A DNA stretch of 64,000 nt from Pseudomonadota bacterium (GCA_031416315.1 JANOTL010000035.1:25579-89578), one strand, 5' to 3'. Counted from the stretch's first letter, positions 15,698 through 25,504 are shown. A program made the numbers and translations. Notes: generated by a model not told the origin, from the letters alone.

Positions 15698-17608
15698 TCA
15701 GTTTCCGGGCGGCGGCGGTGGCAGCGTGTCCATGGTCGTGGTGGCGACCGGATTCCCGTTGCCGTCGACCCATTTGCATTCGGCCGCGGCGGGATCGGCG
15801 CAACACTTCAGGATGTGGTCCTTGGCGGGACCGTTCTTCTGGTGCCATTTCTCGAAGGTGCCTTTGTAGAAGCCCTTGGTCGGCGGCATCCAGTAGGCGA
15901 CCTGCCAGTTCTCGCCGGCCTTGCGCACGCCGCCTTCGCCGACCTGGTCCAAGGCGTTCTCGACGGTCGGCTCGTGGCCCCAGCCCTTGCTGACGCCGAA
16001 GGATTGCTTCGCCCAGGAGGCGCAAGTCGAGGCGGACGCGAGGCGGTGGCAGCTCGTGCACTCGGCCGCCGCGTCGGACACGAGGAAAGAGTGCTCGACC
16101 GGGCGCAAGGAGCCGTCGTACTGCACGGTCGAGTATTTTGCGTCGACGTACGGGAGCGTCTCCCACTCGACCGAGCGCAGGAACGGCGAGTACATGAACG
16201 GATCGTTGTCGTGGCAGCCGGTACAACCTTCGCCGGTCGTGTTGTAAAAGACCTGCTTGAAGTAGTCGACTTCCTGCGCGGTGGCGTTGGTGAGGTCGAT
16301 CTTCGGAATCTTCGTGTCGGTGATCTCGCCGCCGAGGTCGTCCCACCAGCAGGAGGCGCCGGTGGCCATGTTGGTGCCGATGATGCCGAAGTCGCCGTAG
16401 GTGGCCTCCGGCGCCGTGGGATCCGAGCGGTGGCGGCAGATCCATTTGTAGTGGACGTCGCCCTTCGTGAGCTGGCCTAAGCGGCTGCCGTACTCGCAGG
16501 CGCCGCCGAGGAGCGCGGGGTTCAAGCAAGATTCGGCGTCGGCAGTGAGCGCCTCGAAATCCGGGCCCGCGGCGTCGCCGAGCTTCACCTTGTAGTTGAC
16601 GATCTGCTTCGCGTTCTTACAGTTGATCTCGTCGGGGCCGGGAAGGCTACCGCCGAACGCCTCCTTGCAGCGGCAAGAGTAGCAGCGCGCTTCGTCGTAG
16701 TAAGGCGCGCCGACCGTGCAGGCTTGCGGGCAGGTGACGAAGTTCGGGAAATGCGAGGTCATCAGGTTCAAGCGGATGGCGGCGCTTTGCAGCAGGGCGA
16801 AGTCGAAGTTTTCGGTCTGCAGGAGCGAGACGGTGAAGAGCTGATCCTTCTTCGCGATCTTGTCGAGGATGGTGGTGGCCACGGTCTTGAGCGTGGACTG
16901 CGAGGCCTCGATCTTCTTCTTCAAGACGTCGTACGCGGCGAGCTGCTTCTCGACGTCGGCCTTGGTCTTCGTCTGGCCTTCTTCCAAGGCTTTGAGCGCG
17001 GCCTTCGCGTCCTTGTAGGCCGGCCCGAAGATCGTCTCGAAATCGGTCTCGGTGGCGGCGGGCTGGCCGTTGGACGCGGCGGCGGCGGCCGCGATGTTGT
17101 CCATCTTCGCGATGTCTTTCTTGGTCTTCTCGAGGTTCAGGACGAGGTCCTTCATCTGGCCCTCGAGGGACTCGAGCGCGGTCTTGACGTCGTCCTCTTC
17201 CCATTGACCGTCGCTGATCTCGCTCGTGATCTGGGCGATCTGCGCGCGTTTGGTCGCGTCGCGCAGGATCGAGTCGAAGCCTACGTCCTCGCTCGCGATT
17301 TCGACGAGCATCGAAGTCAGCGCGGCGCGCGTGGTCTCCTTCGCCGGCGTGTCGCCGGGACAGGCGGCGTTCATCTGCTCGATCGTCTCGATCTTGAGGT
17401 CGGCGGGGACGGCGTTCGCGCAAGATTTGACGAAGAATTTGTCGGCGTCGGGGCTCCACCAGAGGAGGACGGTGCCGCCGTGGTGGATGCTCTGGACGGA
17501 CTCCAGTTGGCTGCCTCCGGGCTTGCGTACGACGTTGCAGGCGAACGCCGCGGCGAAGGCTCCTACCAAGGCGCAAGCGACGACGACCAGCGAAGGAGCT
17601 CTCTGCAT
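15698..17608 (-). CDS. Lipoprotein with coiled-coil region and Cys-rich diheme c-type domain
   Basis: Lipobox AFAC; long heptad region; CTGCH (16211-16225) and CTSCH (16046-16060). Confidence 0.75.
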   Translation of the reverse strand: MQRAPSLVVVACALVGAFAAAFACNVVRKPGGSQLESVQSIHHGGTVLLWWSPDADKFFVKSCANAVPADLKIETIEQMNAACPGDTPAKETTRAALTSMLVEIASEDVGFDSILRDATKRAQIAQITSEISDGQWEEDDVKTALESLEGQMKDLVLNLEKTKKDIAKMDNIAAAAAASNGQPAATETDFETIFGPAYKDAKAALKALEEGQTKTKADVEKQLAAYDVLKKKIEASQSTLKTVATTILDKIAKKDQLFTVSLLQTENFDFALLQSAAIRLNLMTSHFPNFVTCPQACTVGAPYYDEARCYSCRCKEAFGGSLPGPDEINCKNAKQIVNYKVKLGDAAGPDFEALTADAESCLNPALLGGACEYGSRLGQLTKGDVHYKWICRHRSDPTAPEATYGDFGIIGTNMATGASCWWDDLGGEITDTKIPKIDLTNATAQEVDYFKQVFYNTTGEGCTGCHDNDPFMYSPFLRSVEWETLPYVDAKYSTVQYDGSLRPVEHSFLVSDAAAECTSCHRLASASTCASWAKQSFGVSKGWGHEPTVENALDQVGEGGVRKAGENWQVAYWMPPTKGFYKGTFEKWHQKNGPAKDHILKCCADPAAAECKWVDGNGNPVATTTMDTLPPPPPGN

Positions 17609-17819
17609 CCGGGGATCCTCACGGGCTGATTTTGACGAATGCCCCATTATAGCCGGTTTTGGGCCCCGTCAGGCGGCGGCGTCTTTTTTGGTCCGGCGGC
17701 GAAGACGGCGAGAATGCGGCCACGTTTCGGCGGCTTGAAGAACCCGGCCGGCCGGAATTTTTGCGCGCAAAGGGCGCAAAAGCCGCGAGGGCGGGCGGGC
17801 TTTGCGCTAAGCTCCCGGG

Positions 17820-18269
17820 ATGCGCATCTTCATCGACAATGACGGCTGCCCGCGCCTCGTGCGGGATCTCGTGCTAAAGACGGCTGAAAGGCGGGGGCTC
17901 ACGGTCTTCGTGGTCGGCAACGCCTTCGCGAAAGTGCCGCCGCATCCCCTGTTCAAGATGATCGTGGTGCCGGGGAGCTTCGACGCGGCGGACGACCGGA
18001 TCGCGGACGATGCCGTCGCCGGCGACCTGGTGATCACCGCCGACATTCCCTTGGCGGCGCGCATCGTCGAAAAAGGCGCCCTCGGCCTGGACCCGCGCGG
18101 CGATCTGTTCGACGCGCAGTCGGTGGGCGAGCGCTTGGCGACGCGGAACTTGATGGCCGAGCTGCGGAGCGGCGGGGACGTCAAGGGTGGTGGGGCGCCT
18201 TATGGGGATGGCGACAAGAAGCGGTTTGCGGATGCGTTGGATCGGGTGACTGCTAAGGCGGGGAAATGA
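17820..18269 (+). CDS. yaiI: YaiI/YqxD (UPF0178) family protein
   Basis: MRIFIDNDGCP, DAADDRI, GDLVITADIPLAA, DPRG, FADALDR. Confidence 0.9.
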   Translation: MRIFIDNDGCPRLVRDLVLKTAERRGLTVFVVGNAFAKVPPHPLFKMIVVPGSFDAADDRIADDAVAGDLVITADIPLAARIVEKGALGLDPRGDLFDAQSVGERLATRNLMAELRSGGDVKGGGAPYGDGDKKRFADALDRVTAKAGK

Positions 18270-18281
18270 CTTCCGGCCGCC

Positions 18282-19238
18282 CTACGCCGCCCGCCGCCCC
18301 TCCACCCGCGCAATCCGCCGCGCCACGACCAGCCGATTCACCACCGGCGCGCCGCTGACCAAGGCCACGGCCAACAAAATCAGCGGCGCCGCCAGCAACA
18401 CCCGCGGCCCCAACTCTTCCCCCGCAATCACGCTTCCAAGCAGCAGCGCGACGAGCGGATTGACGTACGCATACGTTCCGACGAGCGCCGGATCCGCATT
18501 CTTCAGGAGCCACGCGAAGGCCGAAAAACCGATGACGGAGCCGAAGATCACGAGATAGCCGAAGGCGACGACCGCGGTCGTGGTCAGCTGCGACGCTTCG
18601 AAGCGGCTCGCTTCGCCAAGGCCCAAGCCCACGACGATCGCGAGCACGGCGCCGCCGAGCATCGTCAGGGACGTCGCCGCCAGCGTCTCGGGATGGGCTG
18701 GCCACATCTTGCTGCGCACGGAGGCGAAGGCCCACGCGAAGGTGCCGAGCACGAGCAACGCTGCCGGCAAAGGGCTCGCGTCCTGCGGCGAAAGCTTGCC
18801 GCTGCCGATCAGGAGGACGAGGCCCGCGAGGCCCAAGACGATGCCCGCGACCTTGGCGGCAGCCTCGATCCGGCTCTTCGCGAAGCGCGTCCCGGAGAAA
18901 GCGCCGATCGCCGCCATCCACGCCGGCATCAGGCCGACGACGAGCGCGGCGACCGCCGAGGGGACGCCTTGGCCTTGGGCGTACGTGACGGTGCCGTTAC
19001 CCAGCACGATCAGGAAGAATCCGTTCGCGACGCCGGCGATCAGGTGCGGCCGCTTGATGCCGCGGCGAAACGCGCCCGAAGCGATGACGGCGAGCACGAT
19101 TCCGGCGATGAGATTGCGCACGCCGACGAGAAGAAAGGGCGGCATCGCGACCAGGGCGTATTTCAAGGCGAGGTAGGTCGAGCCCCAAACCACGTAGACG
19201 GTCGACAGCGCCAGGGTGAGCTTCAGCTTGGGCGTCAT
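18282..19238 (-). CDS. EamA/DMT family transporter (YedA-like)
   Basis: VYVVWGSTYLA, YLVIFGSVIGFSAF, YAYVNPLVALLLG; about 10 TM helices. Confidence 0.9.
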   Translation of the reverse strand: MTPKLKLTLALSTVYVVWGSTYLALKYALVAMPPFLLVGVRNLIAGIVLAVIASGAFRRGIKRPHLIAGVANGFFLIVLGNGTVTYAQGQGVPSAVAALVVGLMPAWMAAIGAFSGTRFAKSRIEAAAKVAGIVLGLAGLVLLIGSGKLSPQDASPLPAALLVLGTFAWAFASVRSKMWPAHPETLAATSLTMLGGAVLAIVVGLGLGEASRFEASQLTTTAVVAFGYLVIFGSVIGFSAFAWLLKNADPALVGTYAYVNPLVALLLGSVIAGEELGPRVLLAAPLILLAVALVSGAPVVNRLVVARRIARVEGRRAA

Positions 19239-19432
19239 GGTTTCCCCTTGAGAGCCTGGACGACGACGTGCCGGCCGGCCGGTAGCTCGTAGATCTGCCC
19301 TGGTGCCAGGACGATATCCTGGGACATGCCCTCGATGGTGATCCAGAGGTACTCCCTGGGGCTACAAACCTCGAGATGTTGTCCCTTTTCCGGGGTCAGC
19401 GCCAGAAGGGAAGGAAAGTCTAGGGCGAGCAT
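19235..19432 (-). CDS. DUF2917-like small protein
   Basis: LWITIEGMSQDIVLAPGQ...VVVQAL; ATGA overlap with EamA; typical context divergent from MocR. Confidence 0.75.
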   Translation of the reverse strand: MLALDFPSLLALTPEKGQHLEVCSPREYLWITIEGMSQDIVLAPGQIYELPAGRHVVVQALKGKP

Positions 19433-19494
19433 GACGGGCTCCTCGGTGAAAGCTCACGCTTCACACGAGGATTATCGGCAGAAGCCTCCCACAA

Positions 19495-19549
19495 ATACAG
19501 ATTCAGTTTTCCATGTGTCTTGCGATACAGTGCATTTGGGGGTAACTGT
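19495..19549. promoter_or_regulatory. Putative MocR operator
   Basis: ATACAG direct repeats (19495, 19525) plus inverted-type AACTGT (19544) in AT-rich divergent spacer. Confidence 0.55.
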
Positions 19550-19550
19550 C

Positions 19551-20990
19551 ATGAGTGCCGGATTTCTTTACGAAAAGGTCGCGGCCGAGCTGACGGGCCA
19601 GATTCGGCGCGGGACCTTGCGCCCTGGAGACCGCGTGCCGAGCGTGCGTCAGGTACGCCAGCAGTACGACGTGAGCTTGTCGACCGCCGTCCAGGCGCTG
19701 TCGCTCCTCGAGCGTCGCGGCCTCGTCGAGGCGCGGCCGCAATCGGGCTTCTACGTCTTGGCCCAGCTGGCGGAGGAGTTCGTGCTGAGCGAGCAGGAAA
19801 CCGGCGCGGCCGCGAGCGCGAAGCCGAATCACGTGATGACTTGCGAGCTGATCGGCGAGGTCGTCGCCGCCGCGCGCGATCCGAAATCCCTGCCGCTCGG
19901 CGCGGCCACGATCGGCGCCGACCTCTTGCCAGGGAGCCAGCTCTACCGCGCGATGAATTGGGCGATGCGCGAGCTCGGCGCCGACGGCCTCATGTACGAG
20001 ATGCCGCCCGGCAACGCGGAGCTGCGTCGACAGATCGCGCGGCTCGGCGCCGCTGCGGGCCTGCGCGTCGGCCCCGAGGCGATCGTCATCACCTCGGGCA
20101 GCATGGAGGCCTTGAGCCTGAGCCTACGCTCGGTGACGCGGCCGGGCGACGTGGTCGCCATCGACAGCCCCATTTTCTACGGGATTTTGGAGCTCGTCGC
20201 CGCGCTCGGGCTGAAGACGGCGGAGATCCCGGTCCATCCCGTCACCGGGATGGACCTGACGCACCTGCGCGACGTGATGAACAAGCGTCGCATCGCCGCC
20301 GTGCTCTCGATCCCGAACTTCAACAACCCCCTCGGCAGTAAGATGCCCGACACGGCGAAGGAGGAGCTCGTCGCCATGCTGGCGAAGGCGGACGTGCCGC
20401 TGATCGAGGACGACATCTACGGCGATCTGCAGCACGACGGCCTGCGGCCGCTCGCGGCGAAAGCGTTCGACAAAAAGGGGCTCGTCCTGCACTGCTCCTC
20501 CTACTCGAAAACCATTTCGCCGGGAATCCGCGTCGGCTGGGTGATGCCGGGCCGTTTCCAGGCAGCCGTCGAGCGGCTGAAGTTCGTGAACACGATCGCG
20601 TCGGCGACGGTGGCGCAGGCGGCGATCGCGCACTTCCTCGAGCGCGGCGGCTACGAGCGGCATCTGAAACGGCTGCGGCCGGAGCTTTCGACGCGGATCC
20701 AGCTCTATGCGCTGGCGATCCAGAAGTACTTCCCCGCGGGGACGAAGGTGTCGTGCCCGACGGGAGGCTTCGTGCTGTGGGTGCAGATGCCGCCGGGCTG
20801 CGATGCGCGCAAGCTCTATGAAAGGGCGCGGGCCCACGGAATCGGGGTGATTCCGGGGCCGGCGTTCTCCAGCGAGGTCGGAAACTTCGCGACCTGCCTG
20901 CGCTTGAGCTGCGGCGCGCCGCTCAACAAAGTGATCGACGCGGCTTTGAAGAAGCTCGGGCACGAGGCCGAGAAGATCAGAAAGTCCTAG
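19551..20990 (+). CDS. MocR/GntR-family PLP-dependent transcriptional regulator (YdcR-like)
   Basis: wHTH LRPGDRVPSVR...VEARPQSGFYV; IEDDIYGDL, SSYSKTISPGIRVGW. Confidence 0.93.
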   Translation: MSAGFLYEKVAAELTGQIRRGTLRPGDRVPSVRQVRQQYDVSLSTAVQALSLLERRGLVEARPQSGFYVLAQLAEEFVLSEQETGAAASAKPNHVMTCELIGEVVAAARDPKSLPLGAATIGADLLPGSQLYRAMNWAMRELGADGLMYEMPPGNAELRRQIARLGAAAGLRVGPEAIVITSGSMEALSLSLRSVTRPGDVVAIDSPIFYGILELVAALGLKTAEIPVHPVTGMDLTHLRDVMNKRRIAAVLSIPNFNNPLGSKMPDTAKEELVAMLAKADVPLIEDDIYGDLQHDGLRPLAAKAFDKKGLVLHCSSYSKTISPGIRVGWVMPGRFQAAVERLKFVNTIASATVAQAAIAHFLERGGYERHLKRLRPELSTRIQLYALAIQKYFPAGTKVSCPTGGFVLWVQMPPGCDARKLYERARAHGIGVIPGPAFSSEVGNFATCLRLSCGAPLNKVIDAALKKLGHEAEKIRKS

Positions 20991-22242
20991 GCCAGTTGTT
21001 GTCTTCTTCGCCCATCACCACGGCGCGCTGCGTCGAATCGACGGCCGCCAAGATTTGGCGGTAGGTCCCCTGCTTCGCGTCCATGGCGGTGATGAACTGA
21101 TAGTTCGCCGCCGCGTTCATGTGGAAGTAGGCCGGCATCGCATTGGTCACGATGTCGAGATACTTGGTCGGCGCGGCCTCGGGGTTCACCGCCACGTGCG
21201 CGTCGGCGAGCGCCTGGTCGACGTAGGCGAAGGAGTCGCAGCCGTTGATGAAGTAGATCTGGTACTGGCCCGGCGTGAAGCGGCCCATGCGGGCCAAGGC
21301 CCGGACGTTCGCCCCGAGACCTGAGTGGCCGCTATAGCTGACGAAATCGGACACGGCGGTGCGGGATTCGTACTTCTCGATAAAGGCTTGGTCGACGTCG
21401 CGGATGCCTTTTACGAGGTAGAGGTGCGCGTCGATGACGCCGTTGCGGCCCTGCAGCTCGAGGCGGATGTCGTCGTGCGTGACCTGGTAAGAAAGGAGGG
21501 GATAGGTTTGGACGAGATAGTCGTAGAGAGTCCGAAATGCGACGACCCCTGCATCATTTTCGCTCCAGGGCTCCGGCTCGTTCATTCCGAAGATGGCGGT
21601 CACGACGAGGCGCTGGTCTTCCCAGACTTTGCCGTACTCCGGCGATTTACCGGTGGTGTTCTGGTCGCTGACGGCGAGCCGCATGGTTAGACGCGTGCTG
21701 AGGCCGGCGACGTCGCCGCCGGCGAGCGCGCAGCCCTGTTGCATCGGGCGGTAGTAATACCAGAAGATCCCGAGCGAGATGTCGTGCTCGGTCGGGGTGT
21801 AGCACGGCGAGCCGCCGCCGGGCCCGAAAGAAGCCAAGAAGCTCGAGCGCGTGGCCGCGTCCCCGCCGGCGGGCACGACCAGATTCATCGTCGCGGGGAC
21901 CGCGTGCTCGCGCGGCCAGGCGACGAAGAGCTTGGCCGTGTATTTCGCGTCGAAACGCCCGTCGGCGCGGGGCGTCACCTCTTGGAGCGCGAGCGCGAGG
22001 CGCGCCATTTCCGCGCCGCCGCCGAAGCCGTTCAGCTGGCCGATCGCGTACATCAGCTGCTCACGGATCTCCGACTCGGCTTGGGCCGGCTGGTCGGAGC
22101 TGACGACGGCGCGACCGCGGTCGACGTAGCCGTCGAGGGCCGTCGAGTAGCCGGAGTCGAAGAGTGGCTGGCTTAGGTCTGGACGGGCCTCCGGTCCGCG
22201 CGAGCAGCCTAGCATGATGAGCGTTAGGATGAGGGTTCGCAT
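20977..22242 (-). CDS. Lipoprotein, hypothetical; possible clan CD cysteine peptidase fold
   Basis: Lipobox MLGC; SYSGHSGLG and IYFINGCDS motifs. Confidence 0.65.
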   Translation of the reverse strand: MRTLILTLIMLGCSRGPEARPDLSQPLFDSGYSTALDGYVDRGRAVVSSDQPAQAESEIREQLMYAIGQLNGFGGGAEMARLALALQEVTPRADGRFDAKYTAKLFVAWPREHAVPATMNLVVPAGGDAATRSSFLASFGPGGGSPCYTPTEHDISLGIFWYYYRPMQQGCALAGGDVAGLSTRLTMRLAVSDQNTTGKSPEYGKVWEDQRLVVTAIFGMNEPEPWSENDAGVVAFRTLYDYLVQTYPLLSYQVTHDDIRLELQGRNGVIDAHLYLVKGIRDVDQAFIEKYESRTAVSDFVSYSGHSGLGANVRALARMGRFTPGQYQIYFINGCDSFAYVDQALADAHVAVNPEAAPTKYLDIVTNAMPAYFHMNAAANYQFITAMDAKQGTYRQILAAVDSTQRAVVMGEEDNNWPRTF

Positions 22243-22340
22243 CGAGAGTTCTCCGAGTCGAAAGGGACGTGGGGGGGGGAGGGTCGGCTGTCCGACCTGC
22301 AAAAAGTGCGCTATGCTCCCGCAATGGAGGGCTTGGTCCA

Positions 22341-22799
22341 ATGCACGCGCTCCGGCTTCCCGAGATCTTGGCTGCGTTTGATGCCGTCGACCGCGAAGGC
22401 GTGACGCCGCCCGATTTGGCGACCGTCGCTTGGGGGGAGATCGACTACCTCGCGTGGCGGCATCTGTCCGAGCCGCGGGTCTTCATGGTGGTGCCGCTCC
22501 CCGAAAGGCTCGTCGGGCTCGTGGTCCGCACGCACGGCGGCCGTCGCGGCGGCTTTTGCGACCTCTGCTACAGCGTCGACCGCGATCACGGCACGACCTT
22601 GGGCGTGGTCGACAGCTGGATCCGCCCGCGTCAGGCGATGGGTTTCCACGTCTGCGCCAGCTTCGCGTGCAGCGAAGGCGCGCGCGGCCTGCGCTTCGTC
22701 TACCGAATGGGCGAGGCCTCCAGCACTGGCAGGCGCATCGAGCGGCTGCAGGATCGCGTCTCAAGGTTTGCACGGCACGTGACCGGTCTCGAGGCGTGA
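22341..22799 (+). CDS. FBP_C treble-clef zinc-finger protein (FusB/FBP C-terminal-like)
   Basis: DYLAWRH...LVGLVVR...CDLC...GFHVCASFAC; RBS GGAGG. Confidence 0.75.
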   Translation: MHALRLPEILAAFDAVDREGVTPPDLATVAWGEIDYLAWRHLSEPRVFMVVPLPERLVGLVVRTHGGRRGGFCDLCYSVDRDHGTTLGVVDSWIRPRQAMGFHVCASFACSEGARGLRFVYRMGEASSTGRRIERLQDRVSRFARHVTGLEA

Positions 22800-23713
22800 C
22801 CGAGCACGGGCCGGCGGCGCGGCCCGGTTCGGGCGTGGAGCGAGCGTTGCTGTTCGCGGCGATGGTGAGCCTCGGGCTCGCGGCGGCGAAGGGCGGCGCC
22901 TATGCGGCAACGGGCTCTTTGGTCGCGCTCGGCAGCTTTTTCGATTCCCTCGGCGACGTCGTCGTCAGTCTGGTGAATCGGCTCGTGCATCGCGGCGCCT
23001 TGAAGCACGCGGATCGCGAGCATCCTTACGGACACGGCGGCTTCGAGGTGCTGGCGAGCTTGGCGCAAGGCGTCGCGCTCGTCGCTTTGGCGTCGTGGCT
23101 CGTCGTGCGGTGCGTGGCGCGGTTGAAGGGCAGAGGCGGTGAGGACGCGCTCGCGCATGAAAACCTGTGGATCGCCATCGCGGTGCTCGGCGCCTCCGCG
23201 CTCGCCGGCTTCGTGATTCAGCGGCGGCTTCGGCGCGCGCGGCTGGGCGCCGAGCGATCGCTGGCATTGGAGGCCGACAGCGCCCACTACACGGGCGACG
23301 CCGTGCAGAATCTGGTCGGCGCGATCGGCTTGGGCGTCGTCTGGTGGACGGGCGACGCACGCCTCGACGCAGGGCTCGGCCTCGTCGCGGCGGGCGTGCT
23401 GGCGTTCTCCGCTTGGCCGGTCTTGCAGCGAAGCATCGGCGACGTCGTGCAGCGCGAAGCGGGACAGGAGCTGCAGGCGAAGGTCGCGGCGATCGCGCAG
23501 AGCGTCGACCCCCGTGTCGTCGGCATCCACCGCCTGAGGACGCGCGAATTGGGGCCGACGCTCTTCGTGGATTTCCATCTGGTACTTCCGGGAGCCTTGT
23601 CGCTCGCGGAGGCGCACGCCATCGCCGACATGGCGATGGCGCGCGTGAAAGCGGCGATTCCGCGGGCGGATGTGTTGGTGCATATGGATCCGGATTCGGA
23701 GCCGGATGACTGA
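22796..23713 (+). CDS. Cation diffusion facilitator transporter (FieF-like)
   Basis: GSLVALGSFFDSLGD, ADREHPYGHG, ADSAHYTGD, HRLRTR, LVHMDP; GTGA overlap with upstream gene. Confidence 0.9.
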   Translation: MTEHGPAARPGSGVERALLFAAMVSLGLAAAKGGAYAATGSLVALGSFFDSLGDVVVSLVNRLVHRGALKHADREHPYGHGGFEVLASLAQGVALVALASWLVVRCVARLKGRGGEDALAHENLWIAIAVLGASALAGFVIQRRLRRARLGAERSLALEADSAHYTGDAVQNLVGAIGLGVVWWTGDARLDAGLGLVAAGVLAFSAWPVLQRSIGDVVQREAGQELQAKVAAIAQSVDPRVVGIHRLRTRELGPTLFVDFHLVLPGALSLAEAHAIADMAMARVKAAIPRADVLVHMDPDSEPDD

Positions 23714-23738
23714 ATCCGGCCGACCAACGCGCCCCGCG

Positions 23739-24173
23739 TTACGGGCTCGTCATGACAAAACAACCACCATTCCCCGGGTTGTACGCGTAAAACGTCTGGT
23801 AATTCGCGCTCGACAGCAAAGAGCGCATCCACTGGTGCCGCGTCTGGTTCGGCTGGAAGTGGGTCGAAGTCAGCGCGGTGGAGGACGGGAGGTTATTGCC
23901 CGTGATCCAAGCGACGGCGTCGACGTTTGTCTGTTGCAGACATGGCGGCTCGTTGGCGCCGATGGCGCGGTCGAGCCAGGCGCATTGGCCGACGCCGAGC
24001 CCGTTGCCGGCGCGGGCGGGGGCCTTGCCGAAGTAGAGGACGGCGCTCTTGGTCGAGGTGACCAAGCCGATGGTGCCGCCGCCGCGGCATTGCATCGGAT
24101 AGGACTGCGGGACGGCATGGCTGGCCGACGCGAAAGCGAAGAAGGCGAGGACACTGAGTAAAAGACGTTTCAT
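23739..24173 (-). CDS. Secreted hypothetical protein
   Basis: Signal peptide MKRLLLSVLAFFAFASASHA; CRGGG, GQCAWLDRAI..NEP. Confidence 0.7.
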   Translation of the reverse strand: MKRLLLSVLAFFAFASASHAVPQSYPMQCRGGGTIGLVTSTKSAVLYFGKAPARAGNGLGVGQCAWLDRAIGANEPPCLQQTNVDAVAWITGNNLPSSTALTSTHFQPNQTRHQWMRSLLSSANYQTFYAYNPGNGGCFVMTSP

Positions 24174-24241
24174 GACGAGCTCCGAAGCGTTGGTTGAGAG
24201 GGGCATCCCTCTAGCAACGCGCGAAGCGCGCAGATTCTAGC

Positions 24242-25477
24242 TCATGGGCCTTGGATTTTCTCGATCGGCTCGTCGTCCTCGTCGTCCCCGCCCGACGGCA
24301 GGATGTCGATGCCGACGACTTTACCGAGCTTCACCATCAGAGGCACCGTGAGGGCGCCGCCCGGCAGGATGAAGAGCGTGCCGAGGCCAGCGATCTTCAG
24401 ATAGTCGCGGAAGTGCGCGTTGGCCCGCTCGATCTCCTCGGGGGTCGCCGCGCCGCGCAAAAGCTTGCGGTACGAGCCCATCATTTCCTTGCCGTTCGAG
24501 GCTTGCGAGGACAGGAAGCGCTTGGCGCGATGCAGGTCCTCGACCAGCCGATGCTCGGCGAGCTCGGTCAAGCTGCCGAAGCTGGAGATGAGTTGATCGA
24601 GGTTCGAGGCGTCACCCGCGGGCGAAGCGGCCTTGCGACTTTCGCCGAGGGCCAGGGTCAAATTGTGCGCGCGCTCGCAGAGAGCGTCGACGACTCTATA
24701 GTAGTAGGACGGTGAGTCCTCCATGAGCGTGAAGAACGCATCGGGCGCGAGCGCTTCCACCGTCACGCGTGATTTGGCGCGGGCGGTGGCGTTGCGTCGC
24801 CTCTGCTCGAGGACGCCCATCTCGCCCAGAACCTCGCCGGCGCGGACGCGCCCGAGCAGATATTCGCCTTTCTCCGTCTTCTTCACGCATTCGACGACGC
24901 CGGAGCGGATGATGAGCACCTCGTGGCTCGGCTCGCCCTCGGCAAAGAGCAAGGCGCCGGGCTCGAAGACGCGGACCGGAAACGGGTGCGTCCCCATGGC
25001 CGCGGTCTTCGCCGGGAACCGCTTCAAGCGGCGGCGCACGAAGTTCATCGAGCCGAGGAGCGCGCGACGCAGGAAGACGGCTGGCGCCGCGCGAAACCTG
25101 TACGAGCGTTGCGTCAGCGCGCGCTTCGCCGATTCCGCCTGCGCGGCGCGGTCGACGAGAAAGCGCGTCCGCAAGCTCAGGGCGTGGAGCATGCGTCGGC
25201 CGAGCGCGGCATCCTTCGCGAGCGCGCGGATCAGACCGCGGCGGTCGAAGCGCTCCGTCTCGGCGTCGCTGGTGAAGCGCACCGTCGCGTTGCGGGGCGC
25301 GCCGACCAGGGCGCCGACCTCGCCGACCAGGTCGCCGGGCTTCACGGAGCCGATCGGGCGGGGCCCGTCCGGCGTCTCGTGAAGAACCTCGGCCTCGCCG
25401 CTCAAGACGCGGAAAGCGTAGCGGCTGGAGTCGCCGTGGCGGAAGAGCACGTCGCCTTTGCGATGCTTCTGCTTCAA
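24242..25477 (-). CDS. Tandem cNMP-binding domain protein with C-terminal LETM1-like membrane segment
   Basis: Two phosphate-binding cassettes GEVGAL..PRNATV and GEMGVL..RRNATA; C-terminal GLGTLFILPGGALTVPLMVK...ILPS. Confidence 0.8.
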   Translation of the reverse strand: MKQKHRKGDVLFRHGDSSRYAFRVLSGEAEVLHETPDGPRPIGSVKPGDLVGEVGALVGAPRNATVRFTSDAETERFDRRGLIRALAKDAALGRRMLHALSLRTRFLVDRAAQAESAKRALTQRSYRFRAAPAVFLRRALLGSMNFVRRRLKRFPAKTAAMGTHPFPVRVFEPGALLFAEGEPSHEVLIIRSGVVECVKKTEKGEYLLGRVRAGEVLGEMGVLEQRRRNATARAKSRVTVEALAPDAFFTLMEDSPSYYYRVVDALCERAHNLTLALGESRKAASPAGDASNLDQLISSFGSLTELAEHRLVEDLHRAKRFLSSQASNGKEMMGSYRKLLRGAATPEEIERANAHFRDYLKIAGLGTLFILPGGALTVPLMVKLGKVVGIDILPSGGDDEDDEPIEKIQGP

Positions 25478-25504
25478 TCCGTGCCTACGGCGATGAGTGG
25501 GAAT

